Positions 1-8,808 of a stretch of 64,000 nt of DNA are shown in pieces. The notes under the pieces are model-generated. The model did not search any database. It saw nothing but the letters and a program-made list of their open reading frames with translations, and had not been told where the DNA came from. How positions within the stretch are numbered: position 1 is the stretch's first letter; each line of letters opens with the position of its first letter. The DNA comes from an uncultured Alphaproteobacteria bacterium (GTDB lineage: Bacteria > Pseudomonadota > Alphaproteobacteria > HIMB59 > GCA-002718135): assembly GCA_902577905.1 (NCBI GenBank), contig CACHAQ010000004.1, positions 12,206-76,205 of the forward strand, given 5' to 3'. The position numbers and the translations under genes are program-made.

Positions 1-10
1 AAAAAAATAT

Positions 11-295
11 ATGTATATCATCATGGAACAGAACAAAGTAACTTCGCCTTGCATTAGCGTATGTAAAACTGACCCAATCTCAGGGTATTGCTACGGTTGT
101 GGAAGAACCAATGAAGAAAAAGATATTTGGAAAGATGAAAATACTTCTAATGAATGGAAACAAAATAATTTATCTGAGCTAAAATCTAGATTTTCAGATT
201 GGCAGTTAAAGGCATTTGAAGAATCATATAAATCAAAAGTTGAAACGGGTTTATCCCTTATCAAAAAAAAAATAGCAGAAAATCGTAAAAATTGA
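11..295 (+). CDS. DUF1289-family small Cys-rich protein (YdhL-like, putative Fe-S binding)
   Basis: SPCISVCK...GYCYGCGRT.EE..W motif is characteristic of DUF1289. The ATG at 23 is an alternative start. Confidence 0.6.
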   Translation: MYIIMEQNKVTSPCISVCKTDPISGYCYGCGRTNEEKDIWKDENTSNEWKQNNLSELKSRFSDWQLKAFEESYKSKVETGLSLIKKKIAENRKN

Positions 296-855
296 AAAGT
301 TTAATAATTTTTGTTTTTATTTTATTTTTTTCATTCAATCTTCAATCTCAGAATAAAATGATACTTGATAACTTAGAAACACCCGGAATTTCTTCTCAAG
401 GTCAAAATTGGGCCTTTCTTACTGATGGCGTAATGGGTGGATTATCACAAGGTAAAGCGATCATATCAAAAGTTAATGATGTTAATTGTTATCATATGAC
501 AGGAGATGTCACGACTGAAAATAATGGCGGCTTTATACAAATAAGAAATCAATTAAGACCTTCAATATCAACAGAAGAGTTTGAGGGTGTTTATTTTAAA
601 GTGTTTGGTAATAATGAAGAATATTCAATTCATGTAAGAACAGCTTTAACAGTAGCTCCTTGGCAATATTATAAGTATAGTTTTAAAACTAATTCTGAGT
701 GGACAGTAATAAGAGCACCCTTTAGTGAATTTAAAAAATCAAATGCTTATCAGCCTAAAAAATTAGTTGGCCAGAATATCAAGACATTAGGGCTTGTTGC
801 TGGATTTAAAGATTTTCAAGCAGATATTTGTTTATCAGAAATCGGCTTTTATTAA
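292..855 (+). CDS. Secreted CIA30-domain protein (complex I intermediate-associated protein 30-like)
   Basis: TTG start overlaps the upstream stop (TTGA). It has a hydrophobic signal peptide, and the NWAFLTDGVMGG.S.G and NNGGFIQIR segments resemble the CIA30/NDUFAF1-like domain. Confidence 0.5.
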   Translation: MKSLIIFVFILFFSFNLQSQNKMILDNLETPGISSQGQNWAFLTDGVMGGLSQGKAIISKVNDVNCYHMTGDVTTENNGGFIQIRNQLRPSISTEEFEGVYFKVFGNNEEYSIHVRTALTVAPWQYYKYSFKTNSEWTVIRAPFSEFKKSNAYQPKKLVGQNIKTLGLVAGFKDFQADICLSEIGFY

Positions 856-1586
856 TAATCTATTTTCAATAAATATAATCCTTCAGGTGGCGCAGTAACT
901 CCAGCATATTCTCTATTTTTGGATTGAATAATTTCTGAAATAGATTTTTCAATTTTACTAAGTCCTATATCAACCAGTGTACCGACCATGATTCTAACTT
1001 GAGAATGTAAAAAGGATTTAGCTGATATTAAAAAATTTATTTCATCATGATTAAAATTTATATCTAGTGAATTAATAGATTTAATTGGTGATTTCGATTG
1101 GCAATTTATTGACCTAAAAGCAGACAAATCAAATTTGCCTATAAATTGTTGTGATTGTTTTATCATTTTTTCAGTATCTATTTTTTTATGTACACACCAA
1201 ACTTTGTTTTGCTCTAACGTAATTGGTGATCTTCTATTTAAGATCTTGTATTCATACCATCTCAATTTTGCGGAAAATCTAGAATTAAAATCTTTATCTA
1301 CTTCTTCAGCATGTAAAATAGATATGGGTTGGGGTCTTAGATAATGATTAATGCCATCTCTAATAGTATCAGTATCAAAATGTTGCTCTAATTCAAAATT
1401 AGCTACTTGTCCTCTAGCATGAACACCTGCATCTGTTCGACCAGCTCCAAAAAGTGTTATTTTTTGTTTTGATAGTTTTTCTATTGCCTCTTCAACCAAT
1501 TGTTGAACAGAAGGACCATTTTCTTGACGTTGCCAACCAACATAATTAGTTCCATCATATTCTAATGTTATTTTGTAGTTAGGCAT
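852..1586 (-). CDS. truA: tRNA pseudouridine(38-40) synthase TruA
   Basis: YKITLEYDGTNYVGWQRQ and GAGRTDAGVHA catalytic Asp motif; 244 aa. Confidence 0.9.
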   Translation of the reverse strand: MPNYKITLEYDGTNYVGWQRQENGPSVQQLVEEAIEKLSKQKITLFGAGRTDAGVHARGQVANFELEQHFDTDTIRDGINHYLRPQPISILHAEEVDKDFNSRFSAKLRWYEYKILNRRSPITLEQNKVWCVHKKIDTEKMIKQSQQFIGKFDLSAFRSINCQSKSPIKSINSLDINFNHDEINFLISAKSFLHSQVRIMVGTLVDIGLSKIEKSISEIIQSKNREYAGVTAPPEGLYLLKIDY

Positions 1587-2502
1587 TTATTACTTCATTA
1601 ACCTTAAAACTATATCCCCGAAGAAAATCATCTTTAGAAATAGCATTTTTGCCTTCTCTTTGTAAAATTAGTGGCTCAATACTTCCGTCATTGCACCCAA
1701 TATCAAAGGTCTCATTAAGAATTGTCGATGCATTGCCGTTAGAGTTTGATTTTCTTGCTTTAATGATTTTAATTCTTTCATTTTGTATAGTAAACCAAGC
1801 ACCAGGTTTAGGTGAATGTGCTCTTATAAGATTTAAAACTTCATTTACAGATTTATTAAAATTAATTTTTCTGTTTAGTGAAGAAATTTTATTTGCATAT
1901 GTTGCATCATTATCATCCTGATCAGAATAAGAAATTTTTTTATCAAATATAAGAGGAATAGTTTCCACTAATAATTTGATTCCAACCTCTGTTAATTTTT
2001 GACTTAATTCATTTTTATTACAATCATCTTCTATATCTACTTTTTTTTGCTTAATAATTGGTCCAGCATCTAATTTTTCAATTAGTTGTATTATTGATAT
2101 ACCCGTCTCTTTATCACCGCTCATTAAAGAATGTTCTATTGGAGCTGCGCCCCTCCATCTAGGCAATAAAGAGACATGGATATTGATACAACCAAATGAT
2201 GGTAAATCTAAAATATCTTTTGGCAATATTTTACCATATGCCATGACAATAATTAAATCAGGATTTAATTTTTTCACTGTCTCAATAGTATCTTTATCAA
2301 ACGCATTTGGACAAAAAACCTCAATTTGGTTCTTACTTGCAATTTGATGGACTTCGGATTCAATTATTTTCATTCCTCTAGATTTCTTTTTTGGAGGTTG
2401 TGAAAATACCGCGGAAATTATGAAATTACTTTTAATTAAAGCCTCAAGATAGTCAGAAGCTATTTTAGGTGAACCCATAAAAATTATTTTTTTATCTTTC
2501 AT
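1579..2502 (-). CDS. fmt: Methionyl-tRNA formyltransferase
   Basis: IIFMGSP N-terminus and HVSLLPRWRGAAPI motif; lies downstream of def as in most bacteria. Confidence 0.9.
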   Translation of the reverse strand: MKDKKIIFMGSPKIASDYLEALIKSNFIISAVFSQPPKKKSRGMKIIESEVHQIASKNQIEVFCPNAFDKDTIETVKKLNPDLIIVMAYGKILPKDILDLPSFGCINIHVSLLPRWRGAAPIEHSLMSGDKETGISIIQLIEKLDAGPIIKQKKVDIEDDCNKNELSQKLTEVGIKLLVETIPLIFDKKISYSDQDDNDATYANKISSLNRKINFNKSVNEVLNLIRAHSPKPGAWFTIQNERIKIIKARKSNSNGNASTILNETFDIGCNDGSIEPLILQREGKNAISKDDFLRGYSFKVNEVINA

Positions 2503-3011
2503 TATTTTTTATTTTTTAAAAATTTTTGTACTTTTTTAATCATTATATTCCTTTTTAATGAAGAAAGATAATCTACAAATAACTTTCCAGAGAGATGATC
2601 AATTTCATGTTGTAAAATTCTTGATTCCACTCCACTAACTTCTTTTGTTATTTGTTTGTTATTTTCATCTAAATACTCGACTACTATATTTTGAGGTCTC
2701 TCAATTTCTGCAAATTGTTCAGGAAGAGATAAACAACCTTCTTCCATAATAATTTTTTCTTGAGAGTAAGAAATAATATTGGGGTTAAATAATGTATATT
2801 GTGTTTCTTTTTTAGTCTCTTGATCTACAAAAAATATAGTCACAATTTGTTTTAGAATTCCAATTTGATTTGCTGCTAAACCTACGCCTGGTGCTTTTAT
2901 CATTATTTGCATCATTTTTTTGGCAATTTCTTTTTCCTTAACTCCAACAGACTGAATTTTATCTGCTTTTTGGCGTAATAGTGGATTTGGTACGTAAAGT
3001 AATTTATCCAT
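2502..3011 (-). CDS. def: Peptide deformylase
   Basis: GVGLAANQIG, EGCLSLP and HEIDHLSG metal-binding motifs. Confidence 0.92.
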   Translation of the reverse strand: MDKLLYVPNPLLRQKADKIQSVGVKEKEIAKKMMQIMIKAPGVGLAANQIGILKQIVTIFFVDQETKKETQYTLFNPNIISYSQEKIIMEEGCLSLPEQFAEIERPQNIVVEYLDENNKQITKEVSGVESRILQHEIDHLSGKLFVDYLSSLKRNIMIKKVQKFLKNKK

Positions 3012-3017
3012 TTTTAT

Positions 3018-3617
3018 TTATGTAATTTTTTTTCTAGATTGGAATGCTGTATTTAATGTATTTTCATCTAAGTAGTGTACCTCTCCACCCATAGGGATTC
3101 CTTGTGCAAGTCTTGTTACATTTAATTCTTTAAATTTTTCCAGCTTATCTGCAATAACAAAAGATGTTGTTTGTCCTTCCATAGTTGTACTTAAGGCAAG
3201 AATAATTTCTTTAACATTATTTGTTTCAATTCTCTTTAGTAGATGCTCTATTTTCAATTCATCAGTTCCTATACCTTGAATCGCTGATAATGAACCGCCT
3301 AAAACATTATAGAGACCACGATAAAATCCTACTTTTTCTAATGTCCACAAATCTGACACATCCTCAACAACACAAATTGTTGCTTTATCTCTTTTAGAGT
3401 TTGCACAAATATTGCATGGATTTACCATGTCTATATTTCCACATTCTGAACACTCAATAATTTTATTATAAGATAAGTTTAAACTCTCAATTAAAGGAGA
3501 TAAATTTTTATCTTTATTTTTTAATAAAAAAAGAGCAATTCTTTGAGCCGATCTTCTTCCTAATCCTGGAAGTTTTGAAATATCGTTTATTAATTTGTCT
3601 ATTGGGGATTGCTCCAT
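3018..3617 (-). CDS. recR: Recombination protein RecR
   Basis: LPGLGRRSAQR helix-hairpin-helix, a C4 zinc finger (CSECGN...CNIC) and a Toprim segment. Confidence 0.9.
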   Translation of the reverse strand: MEQSPIDKLINDISKLPGLGRRSAQRIALFLLKNKDKNLSPLIESLNLSYNKIIECSECGNIDMVNPCNICANSKRDKATICVVEDVSDLWTLEKVGFYRGLYNVLGGSLSAIQGIGTDELKIEHLLKRIETNNVKEIILALSTTMEGQTTSFVIADKLEKFKELNVTRLAQGIPMGGEVHYLDENTLNTAFQSRKKIT

Positions 3618-3619
3618 TT

Positions 3620-3943
3620 TTAGAAAGGAAGTTTCATTCCTGGAGGTAATGGTAGTCCACCTGTGAGATTTTTCATTTCTTCTTGGGCTGCAGCTTCTCC
3701 TTTTTCTTTGGCATCATTTATTGCAGCGACGATCAGATCTTCAAGTATTTCTTTCTCATCTTGTTTAATCAAGCTATCATCAATTGATATTCTTTTAAAT
3801 ATACCTTTTGCTGTAGCTGTTACTTTAATAAGACCTCCTCCAGAAGTGCCTTCAACTTCAATATCATTTAATTTATTCTGTGCTTCAGCCATCTTCTTTT
3901 GCAACTGTTGGGCTTGCTTCATCATATTACCTAAATTAACCAT
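3620..3943 (-). CDS. ybaB: Nucleoid-associated protein YbaB/EbfC
   Basis: 107 aa with NMMKQAQQLQKKM and GGGLIKVT motifs; sits in the conserved dnaX-ybaB-recR order. Confidence 0.85.
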   Translation of the reverse strand: MVNLGNMMKQAQQLQKKMAEAQNKLNDIEVEGTSGGGLIKVTATAKGIFKRISIDDSLIKQDEKEILEDLIVAAINDAKEKGEAAAQEEMKNLTGGLPLPPGMKLPF

Positions 3944-5631
3944 TATTTCTCCTTTTTCATCTTTGGTTGATTTATATCTGTGTCATCATCATTTATTTCA
4001 CCTAGTTCTGTAATAGCGTGAATTTTACTTTCAGGAAATTCTTTTAATATTTTTTTTACTTCTGGATGATTTTTCATTATTTCAATTTCTTTTTGTTGGT
4101 TAATAATATCTTCATCATGCAAACTTTTTCCAAGATTGCTTGTAGATGAATGTATCTGCCATATTCTTCCAGTCCATTTAGAGATTAATTTTGCAACAGT
4201 TCTATTGAAGCCAGTCTCATTAATTTTAGATGTGTTTAGGGTAACTTCTCCTTCTTTAAAAGAGACTAACTGTACATCATTGTATAACTTAGTGTGAAGT
4301 AATCCTTCTCTATTTTTAAAAAACATATCGACAAAATGTCTAAAGTCTTGAACGTGTTTTTTATTTACATTGTCTTTTGGTAAAATTTCTTTTTTATTTT
4401 CATTAAAGTTTAGAATTTTGTTACTTTCATTAGATTTATTTTGTAGTTCAAGATTTTTTTCTAAGGGTTCTTTTTTTACTACCTCTTTATCCATTTTTTT
4501 AATTAGATCTTCTGGACTTGGACCATCATGTAAATAAATAATTCTTAAAATAATCATTTCTCCATGTTGGTATAAATGAGAGCTATTTTGTAATTCTTGA
4601 TAACCTTTGAATAAAATTTGCCAGATAATATTCAGATTATTTAATGTCATTTTTGATGACAATTCAGCTCCTTTATTTCTTTCAAATTCAGGAATATAAA
4701 TGTCATCTTTTAGATCTGGTGCTATCTTGATTTGAACAAGAAAATGTACTACGTTTAATAGTTCATCAAATATCATTGCTATATCTGCTCCTAACTCATA
4801 CAACTCTTTATAGTTATTAATTGCACCAAGGGCATCTCCTTCTAAAATAATTTCAATTAAGTTAAATATTTTTTCTCTATCAGCTAATCCCAGCATGTTT
4901 ATTACAGTTTGTGAGTCAACTTTTTCATTTGGACTAGTTATTGCTTGATCTAGTAGACTAAGTCCATCTCTTACAGATCCATCTGCTGATCTTACAAGTA
5001 AAGAAATAGCATCTAAATCTATATCAATATTTTCTAGTTTGGAAATTTTTAATAAATGATCTGATAAAATTTTATTTTCTATTCTATGTAAATCAAATCT
5101 CTGACACCTAGATAGAACGGTTAATGGTACTTTTTTAATTTCTGTTGTAGCAAAAATAAACTTAACATGTTCTGGTGGCTCTTCTAAAGTTTTTAGCAAA
5201 GCATTGAATGCACTTTTTGAAAGCATATGAACTTCATCAATTATAAATATTTTATAATCACCAATAACAGGTTTATATTTTACATTATCAATTATCTCTC
5301 TAATGTCATCAACACCGGTATTTGAAGCTGCATCAATCTCAATAACATCAAGATTACTGTCTGAAGTTGTTGATTTACATGAATCACAAGTTCCACATGG
5401 TTCACAATTTTTTTTATCTCTATTCTTACAATTAATACTCATCGCTATAAGTCTAGCAGTGGTAGTTTTTCCAACACCTCTGACACCTGTTAGAATATAT
5501 GCGTGAGCTAGCCGGTCATTATTAATAGCGTTTGATAGAATTTTTACTAATAATTCTTGACCAATTAAATCTTCAAATTTTTGTGGTCTATATTTTCTAG
5601 CTAAAACTTTATATTTTTTTTCTTCTGTCAT
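3943..5631 (-). CDS. dnaX: DNA polymerase III subunit tau/gamma
   Basis: YRPQKFEDLIGQ, Walker A GVRGVGKTT, a zinc module CxxCxxC and DEVHMLS. The start is set at ATG 5631 (MTEEKKYK) because the 5632-5664 extension on the ORF track overlaps the SRP RNA. Confidence 0.9.
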   Translation of the reverse strand: MTEEKKYKVLARKYRPQKFEDLIGQELLVKILSNAINNDRLAHAYILTGVRGVGKTTTARLIAMSINCKNRDKKNCEPCGTCDSCKSTTSDSNLDVIEIDAASNTGVDDIREIIDNVKYKPVIGDYKIFIIDEVHMLSKSAFNALLKTLEEPPEHVKFIFATTEIKKVPLTVLSRCQRFDLHRIENKILSDHLLKISKLENIDIDLDAISLLVRSADGSVRDGLSLLDQAITSPNEKVDSQTVINMLGLADREKIFNLIEIILEGDALGAINNYKELYELGADIAMIFDELLNVVHFLVQIKIAPDLKDDIYIPEFERNKGAELSSKMTLNNLNIIWQILFKGYQELQNSSHLYQHGEMIILRIIYLHDGPSPEDLIKKMDKEVVKKEPLEKNLELQNKSNESNKILNFNENKKEILPKDNVNKKHVQDFRHFVDMFFKNREGLLHTKLYNDVQLVSFKEGEVTLNTSKINETGFNRTVAKLISKWTGRIWQIHSSTSNLGKSLHDEDIINQQKEIEIMKNHPEVKKILKEFPESKIHAITELGEINDDDTDINQPKMKKEK

Positions 5632-5637
5632 TATAAT

Positions 5638-5733
5638 TAATGGAAGGAGTTGAGACCCAAACAAGATTGTTACAGCTGCTTCTTTTCAGATCTGACTGGA
5701 TTAGCAATTTATTTGCCCTCAATCCTCCCTGTA
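5638..5733 (-). ncRNA. ffs: Signal recognition particle RNA (4.5S, small type)
   Basis: The minus strand reads GGGAGGAUUGAG...CCAGUCAGAUCUGAAAAGAAGCAGCUG...CUCAACUCCUUCC. The conserved helix-8 core (GUCAG.UC.G.AA.GAAGCAGC) is flanked by a closing helix (5715-5729 pairs with 5642-5654). The position upstream of dnaX is typical of alphaproteobacteria. Ends are approximate, about 5 nt either way. Confidence 0.75.
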
Positions 5734-5783
5734 GCAATATAGCATTAATGTAAATAAAATATAAATAGACTTTTTAAAAAATA

Positions 5784-6626
5784 CTATTTTTTCCTGAATG
5801 AAGATTTCTCATATACTCCAAGGATTTCTATCTTCTTACAAAAAAATTTCATCTCTTCTAATGCTAATTTTACAGATGTATTTTCAGGATGTCCCTCAAA
5901 ATCTATATAAAATTGTGCAACATCAAAACCCTGTGGGTGAATGTAACTCTCAAGCTTAGTTATATTAACTCCATTACTAGCAAATCCACCAAGACATTTA
6001 TACAAAACTGCTGGAATACTTCTAACTGTAAATACTAATGTTGTAAGAATATCCTTTGTTTCTGGATTTATATCTAATAAATTTTTTTGCATAACAAGAA
6101 ATCGAGTTACATTATTTTGAGTATCTTGGAAATTTTTTTCCAATATATCAAGATCATATATATTTGCAGCAAGTTCAGATGCGATAGCTCCATCTTCAAT
6201 ATTATTTAACTCTGAAATTAATTTAGCGGATCCAGCTGTATCTGCTTCAACAATCATTTGCTTATCTAATTTTAAAATTTTGTTTCGACATTGGGCAATT
6301 CCCTGTTCATGACTTCTTATTCTTTTAATATCTGAGATTTTCGCACCTCTAATCCCAAGTAAGTTATGATTTACCTCATGAAAATATTCACAAGTTATTT
6401 TTAAATCAGAGTCAGGTATCAATCTTTGAGTATCGGCTACTCTTCCTGCAAGAGAGTTTTCTATTGGAACCATTGCTGCTTCAGATTTTCCCGATCTAAC
6501 ATGTTCAAACATATCTTCAAAAGTTGCACACGGTATACTTGTTGCGTTTGGAAAAATATTTTTTCCAGCTTGTTCACTATAAGCACCATTTACACCTTGA
6601 AATGAAAAACTATCAACTTTTATCAT
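5784..6626 (-). CDS. pheA: Prephenate dehydratase (PDT plus ACT domains, no chorismate mutase domain)
   Basis: FQGVNGAYSEQA N-terminus, TRF motif (NNVTRFLV) and a C-terminal ACT region. Confidence 0.85.
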   Translation of the reverse strand: MIKVDSFSFQGVNGAYSEQAGKNIFPNATSIPCATFEDMFEHVRSGKSEAAMVPIENSLAGRVADTQRLIPDSDLKITCEYFHEVNHNLLGIRGAKISDIKRIRSHEQGIAQCRNKILKLDKQMIVEADTAGSAKLISELNNIEDGAIASELAANIYDLDILEKNFQDTQNNVTRFLVMQKNLLDINPETKDILTTLVFTVRSIPAVLYKCLGGFASNGVNITKLESYIHPQGFDVAQFYIDFEGHPENTSVKLALEEMKFFCKKIEILGVYEKSSFRKK

Positions 6627-7347
6627 TGTGCTCTCTTATATTAGTTTCAATATTTATTAAATCATCTTTTGTATCTACACTTATTGGAACTTCAGGAACA
6701 TACGTAACTCCAATTGGAATATTAGAATCCATAGCCCTCATTTGTTCTAAACTTAAATGTATTTCATTTTTTGATTTAGGTAGATTGATAAATGTATTTA
6801 TTGAATCTGGAGTATAACTATAGATACCAACATGATGGTATAAGTTTTTATTTTCTATCTTAACTTCTCTATAAAAACTTATCGCCTGCGCTGTTTTATT
6901 TTTTTTAAAATCAACTTCAACTTTTGTTACATTGGGATTATTTAATTCATTATCATTTAAGTTTGTTGCAAGTGTGCCAATAGTAAAATTTCTTTTTATT
7001 GGGTTAATGACTTTGAGAATATTTTCTGGATTTATAAGAGGCATATCGCCTTGTAGATTGATTATTACATCAATGTCTTTGTTATTTTTTATCTTTAAAA
7101 AAGCGGAGTGAACTCTATCAGTTCCAGAGGGGAGATTTGGATCTGTCATAATAGCTTTACCACCATTACTTACGATTAAATCATGAACTTCAATTTCCGA
7201 GCAAGCAACAAACACTTCTCCAATATTTGACTCAATTGCTTGTTGCCATACTCGTTGTATCATTGGAATACCATTTATAGCCATTAATGGTTTTCCCGGC
7301 AGTCTAGTAGAAGCCATTCGTGAAGGTATAATTATAACATTTTTCAT
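6613..7347 (-). CDS. kdsB: 3-deoxy-manno-octulosonate cytidylyltransferase (CMP-KDO synthetase)
   Basis: IIPSRMASTRLPGKPL, DRV and NLQGDMPL motifs. Confidence 0.85.
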   Translation of the reverse strand: MKNVIIIPSRMASTRLPGKPLMAINGIPMIQRVWQQAIESNIGEVFVACSEIEVHDLIVSNGGKAIMTDPNLPSGTDRVHSAFLKIKNNKDIDVIINLQGDMPLINPENILKVINPIKRNFTIGTLATNLNDNELNNPNVTKVEVDFKKNKTAQAISFYREVKIENKNLYHHVGIYSYTPDSINTFINLPKSKNEIHLSLEQMRAMDSNIPIGVTYVPEVPISVDTKDDLINIETNIREHNDKS

Positions 7348-7426
7348 AATTTATGCGACAATTAGGCAAGAGAATTTAAATTTCATACTTACGACAAATA
7401 TATTCTTTCTTCTAAAAAATCTGTAT

Positions 7427-7984
7427 ATGTACTTATACATGTCTGGGCTTGAAGTTAATAAAATTTTAGCATCTATTATATTAGCAGTCTTAATTGTTAC
7501 CCTTATCGGGCATTTTGGAGATTTAGTCATTGATATTGATCATGATGAAAAAAAAGAAACAGCTTATAAAATAGACGTACCTGAGGATTCTACTGGCGTT
7601 GGAGTAGTGGAAAAAAAAGAAGAAGTAATAGAGCCAATATCAATGTTATTAGCAAGTGCTTCCATCGATAATGGAGAAAAATTATTCAAAAAATGTGCTA
7701 CGTGCCATAACTACGAAAAAGGTAGTGCAAATAAAGTAGGCCCACACCTGTGGAACATTATAAATAGACCAAAAGCAAATGTTGAAGGTTTTGCATACTC
7801 TAAAGCTTTAGCTGAATACGGTGGGGAATGGGGATATGAAGAATTAGCAGAATTTTTATATAAACCAAAAAAATATATAAAAGGTACAAAAATGAACTTT
7901 GCAGGTTTGAAAAAAGTAAAAGATAGAGCAGACTTAGTTTATTTCCTAAGAGAACACTCAGATAATCCAGCACCCCTTCCATAA
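7427..7984 (+). CDS. cycM: Membrane-anchored mitochondrial-type cytochrome c (CycM-like)
   Basis: N-terminal TM helix and CATCH haem-binding site; GPHLWNIINR and KGTKMNFAGLKK (Met ligand) resemble class I cytochrome c. The ATG at 7439 is an alternative start. Confidence 0.75.
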   Translation: MYLYMSGLEVNKILASIILAVLIVTLIGHFGDLVIDIDHDEKKETAYKIDVPEDSTGVGVVEKKEEVIEPISMLLASASIDNGEKLFKKCATCHNYEKGSANKVGPHLWNIINRPKANVEGFAYSKALAEYGGEWGYEELAEFLYKPKKYIKGTKMNFAGLKKVKDRADLVYFLREHSDNPAPLP

Positions 7985-7993
7985 ACTAAAGTA

Positions 7994-8767
7994 ATGATTT
8001 TAGATATAGAAGAGTTTTCAAAATTTGCAAACTCTTTAGCCGATGATGCATCTAAAACTTCGATGCATTATTTTAGAAACAAAATTGAAATAGAAATTAA
8101 AGTTGATGAAAGCCCTGTAACTTTAGCAGATAAAGAAACAGAACAAGTATTAAGAGAGAAAATAAGAAAAGAATATCCTGATCATGGAATTTTGGGTGAA
8201 GAATATGAAAATGAAAAAATAGACTCTGAATTTTTATGGGTATTAGATCCCATAGATGGAACAAGAAGTTATATAGCTGGACATAAAGATTTTGGTAATT
8301 TAATTGCATTACTTCATAACAAAAAACCAGTTTTAGGAATTATTAATTGCCCTGCACATGGTGAGCGATGGATAGGATTAAAAAATCAAAAAACAAAATG
8401 TAATGGAAAAGATGTTCAAACTAGTGAAATTAGACAAATTAAAGATGCCTATCTTTTTACATCTGGATTATATTTTGATGAACGTCAAATCAGAAAGGGA
8501 TTAGAATTACTAAAAGAACAATCAAGATATTATAGACTTGGTGGAGACTGTTACATGTATGGGATGTTAGCCTCAGGTTTAATTGATATTGTTTTAGAAG
8601 ATACATTAAAAGTGCATGATTATATGGCTCTTGTGAATGTAATTGAAGGAGCTGGTGGAGTAATTACGGATAAGTTTGGACAAGATATATCGCTAGACTC
8701 GGATGGCAGTTTAGTTGCCTCTAGTACAAGCTCTCTTCATGATGAAATAATTAAATTAATAAACTAA
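7994..8767 (+). CDS. Inositol monophosphatase-family phosphatase (possibly HisN-type histidinol-phosphatase)
   Basis: GEE...WVLDPIDGT.S and a later GGDCY-type segment mark the IMPase fold. The HisN assignment is inferred from alphaproteobacterial usage only. Confidence 0.6.
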   Translation: MILDIEEFSKFANSLADDASKTSMHYFRNKIEIEIKVDESPVTLADKETEQVLREKIRKEYPDHGILGEEYENEKIDSEFLWVLDPIDGTRSYIAGHKDFGNLIALLHNKKPVLGIINCPAHGERWIGLKNQKTKCNGKDVQTSEIRQIKDAYLFTSGLYFDERQIRKGLELLKEQSRYYRLGGDCYMYGMLASGLIDIVLEDTLKVHDYMALVNVIEGAGGVITDKFGQDISLDSDGSLVASSTSSLHDEIIKLIN

Positions 8768-8808
8768 AACTTATTTTAATTTTTAATAAATAGACATATA
8801 TTACAAGT

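Noticed and set aside
1135-4013. Plus-strand ORFs 1135-1344, 1649-1921 and 3663-4013.
   Set aside because: They are antisense to truA, fmt and ybaB/dnaX, and have no independent support.
5632-5664. An 11-codon N-terminal extension of dnaX on the ORF track (MFGSQLLPLII).
   Set aside because: It overlaps the 3' helix of the SRP RNA. The conserved DnaX N-terminus begins at MTEEKKYKVLARKYRP (ATG 5631).
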